Part shown: one piece after another, positions 63,497 to 64,000 of the stretch | Position numbering within the stretch: position 1 is the first letter of the stretch | How the letters are laid out: each line of letters begins with the position of its first letter | Source: Perkinsela sp. CCAP 1560/9 | Taxonomy: Eukaryota > Protista > Euglenozoa: Kinetoplastea | Direction of reading: 5' to 3' | Length of the DNA stretch: 64,000 nucleotides | Assembly (NCBI GenBank): GCA_965644495.1 | Contig: CBFFSA010000001.1 | Coordinates: forward strand, 310,001 to 374,000 | Program-made: the position numbers and the translations under genes | Notes under the pieces: model-generated | What the model was told of the DNA's origin: nothing | What the model saw: the letters and a program-made list of their open reading frames with translations, nothing else | Database searches by the model: none

Positions 63497-64000
63497 ATGG
63501 AACGTTTATTTTCTTCAGAGTCGTGTAGTTCAAAGTCCACACCTCGGGAGAAAGCGTTGTCTGACGACCATTTGATTGAGACTATATTATCTCCTCCTGA
63601 CCTATCTTCAATAGACTCGGAGGAGGATTCTCGTCGGTATCTTCTCCGTGAGGCCGCTGAAAAATATGAGACTTATTGGGTACCTGGAAAATATATGAGT
63701 CCTTCTCACTTCTTTTCTAGTAGTTTCGCTGCCAAACAAACACGTACCGCCAATAAAGAGAAAAACTTACGAATGAGCAAAGACAAACCTCCCAGTAAAT
63801 TACAAGCGATTCGATACTCAGATTTCATGGGATCGCCTTGGCATCGAAACGCGATTAAACATTTTTCAAAACCAATAAAAGCAATAGCTCCACTTAACAG
63901 TGGCAGTACAGACACTACCGAGTCTGAGATATCAGAGGAGGAGCCGTGTACGAATATTTATGCCGTTTACCGCTACATTATCAACCCCTGTTTTGGTTCA
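63497..64000 (+). CDS. Hypothetical protein, 3' end outside the window
   Basis: ATG at 63497 (MERLFSSESCSS...); the frame stays open for 168 codons to the window end. Confidence 0.6.
   Translation, partial: MERLFSSESCSSKSTPREKALSDDHLIETILSPPDLSSIDSEEDSRRYLLREAAEKYETYWVPGKYMSPSHFFSSSFAAKQTRTANKEKNLRMSKDKPPSKLQAIRYSDFMGSPWHRNAIKHFSKPIKAIAPLNSGSTDTTESEISEEEPCTNIYAVYRYIINPCFGS

Noticed and set aside
1-64000. tRNA, rRNA or snRNA genes
   Set aside because: None were recognised by eye. tRNAscan-SE or Infernal would be needed to exclude small RNAs in the spacers.

Overview
Eukaryotic, gene-dense window. About 33 intron-free host genes all lie on the + strand, which is the layout of a kinetoplastid-type polycistronic gene cluster. 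The compact spacing and the divergent LRR family suggest a Perkinsela-like organism, but this is inference only. Recognisable products include a Nup205-like protein, thioredoxin, a GNAT, a CCCH zinc-finger protein, an MFS transporter, eIF4E, XPB, NAF1, NOL10, PI4K type II plus an adjacent pseudokinase-like relative, a mitochondrial carrier, an ASCC2-like CUE protein, tepsin, a PUF60-like RRM protein, an odd FolD, lipoate ligase, RPL18A, a kinesin, mtIF3 and three related LRR proteins. Between the genes are islands of transposable elements (about 13-22.5 kb, 30.6-31 kb, 41.6-45.1 kb and 51-55 kb). They contain a full-length Tc1/Tc3-like element with DD32E spacing and several derivatives, a hAT element with a 6-bp TSD nested three levels deep, several MITE families, a pogo-like fragment and a HERO-like retrotransposon remnant. 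The most unusual signal is a recurring, sharp, strand-symmetric compositional switch (C-rich then G-rich on the + strand) centred inside at least six genes. It changes synonymous codons and even protein composition, as expected for fixed bidirectional replication origins or a similar focal strand-asymmetric process. All calls come from reading motifs by eye; no database search was run.
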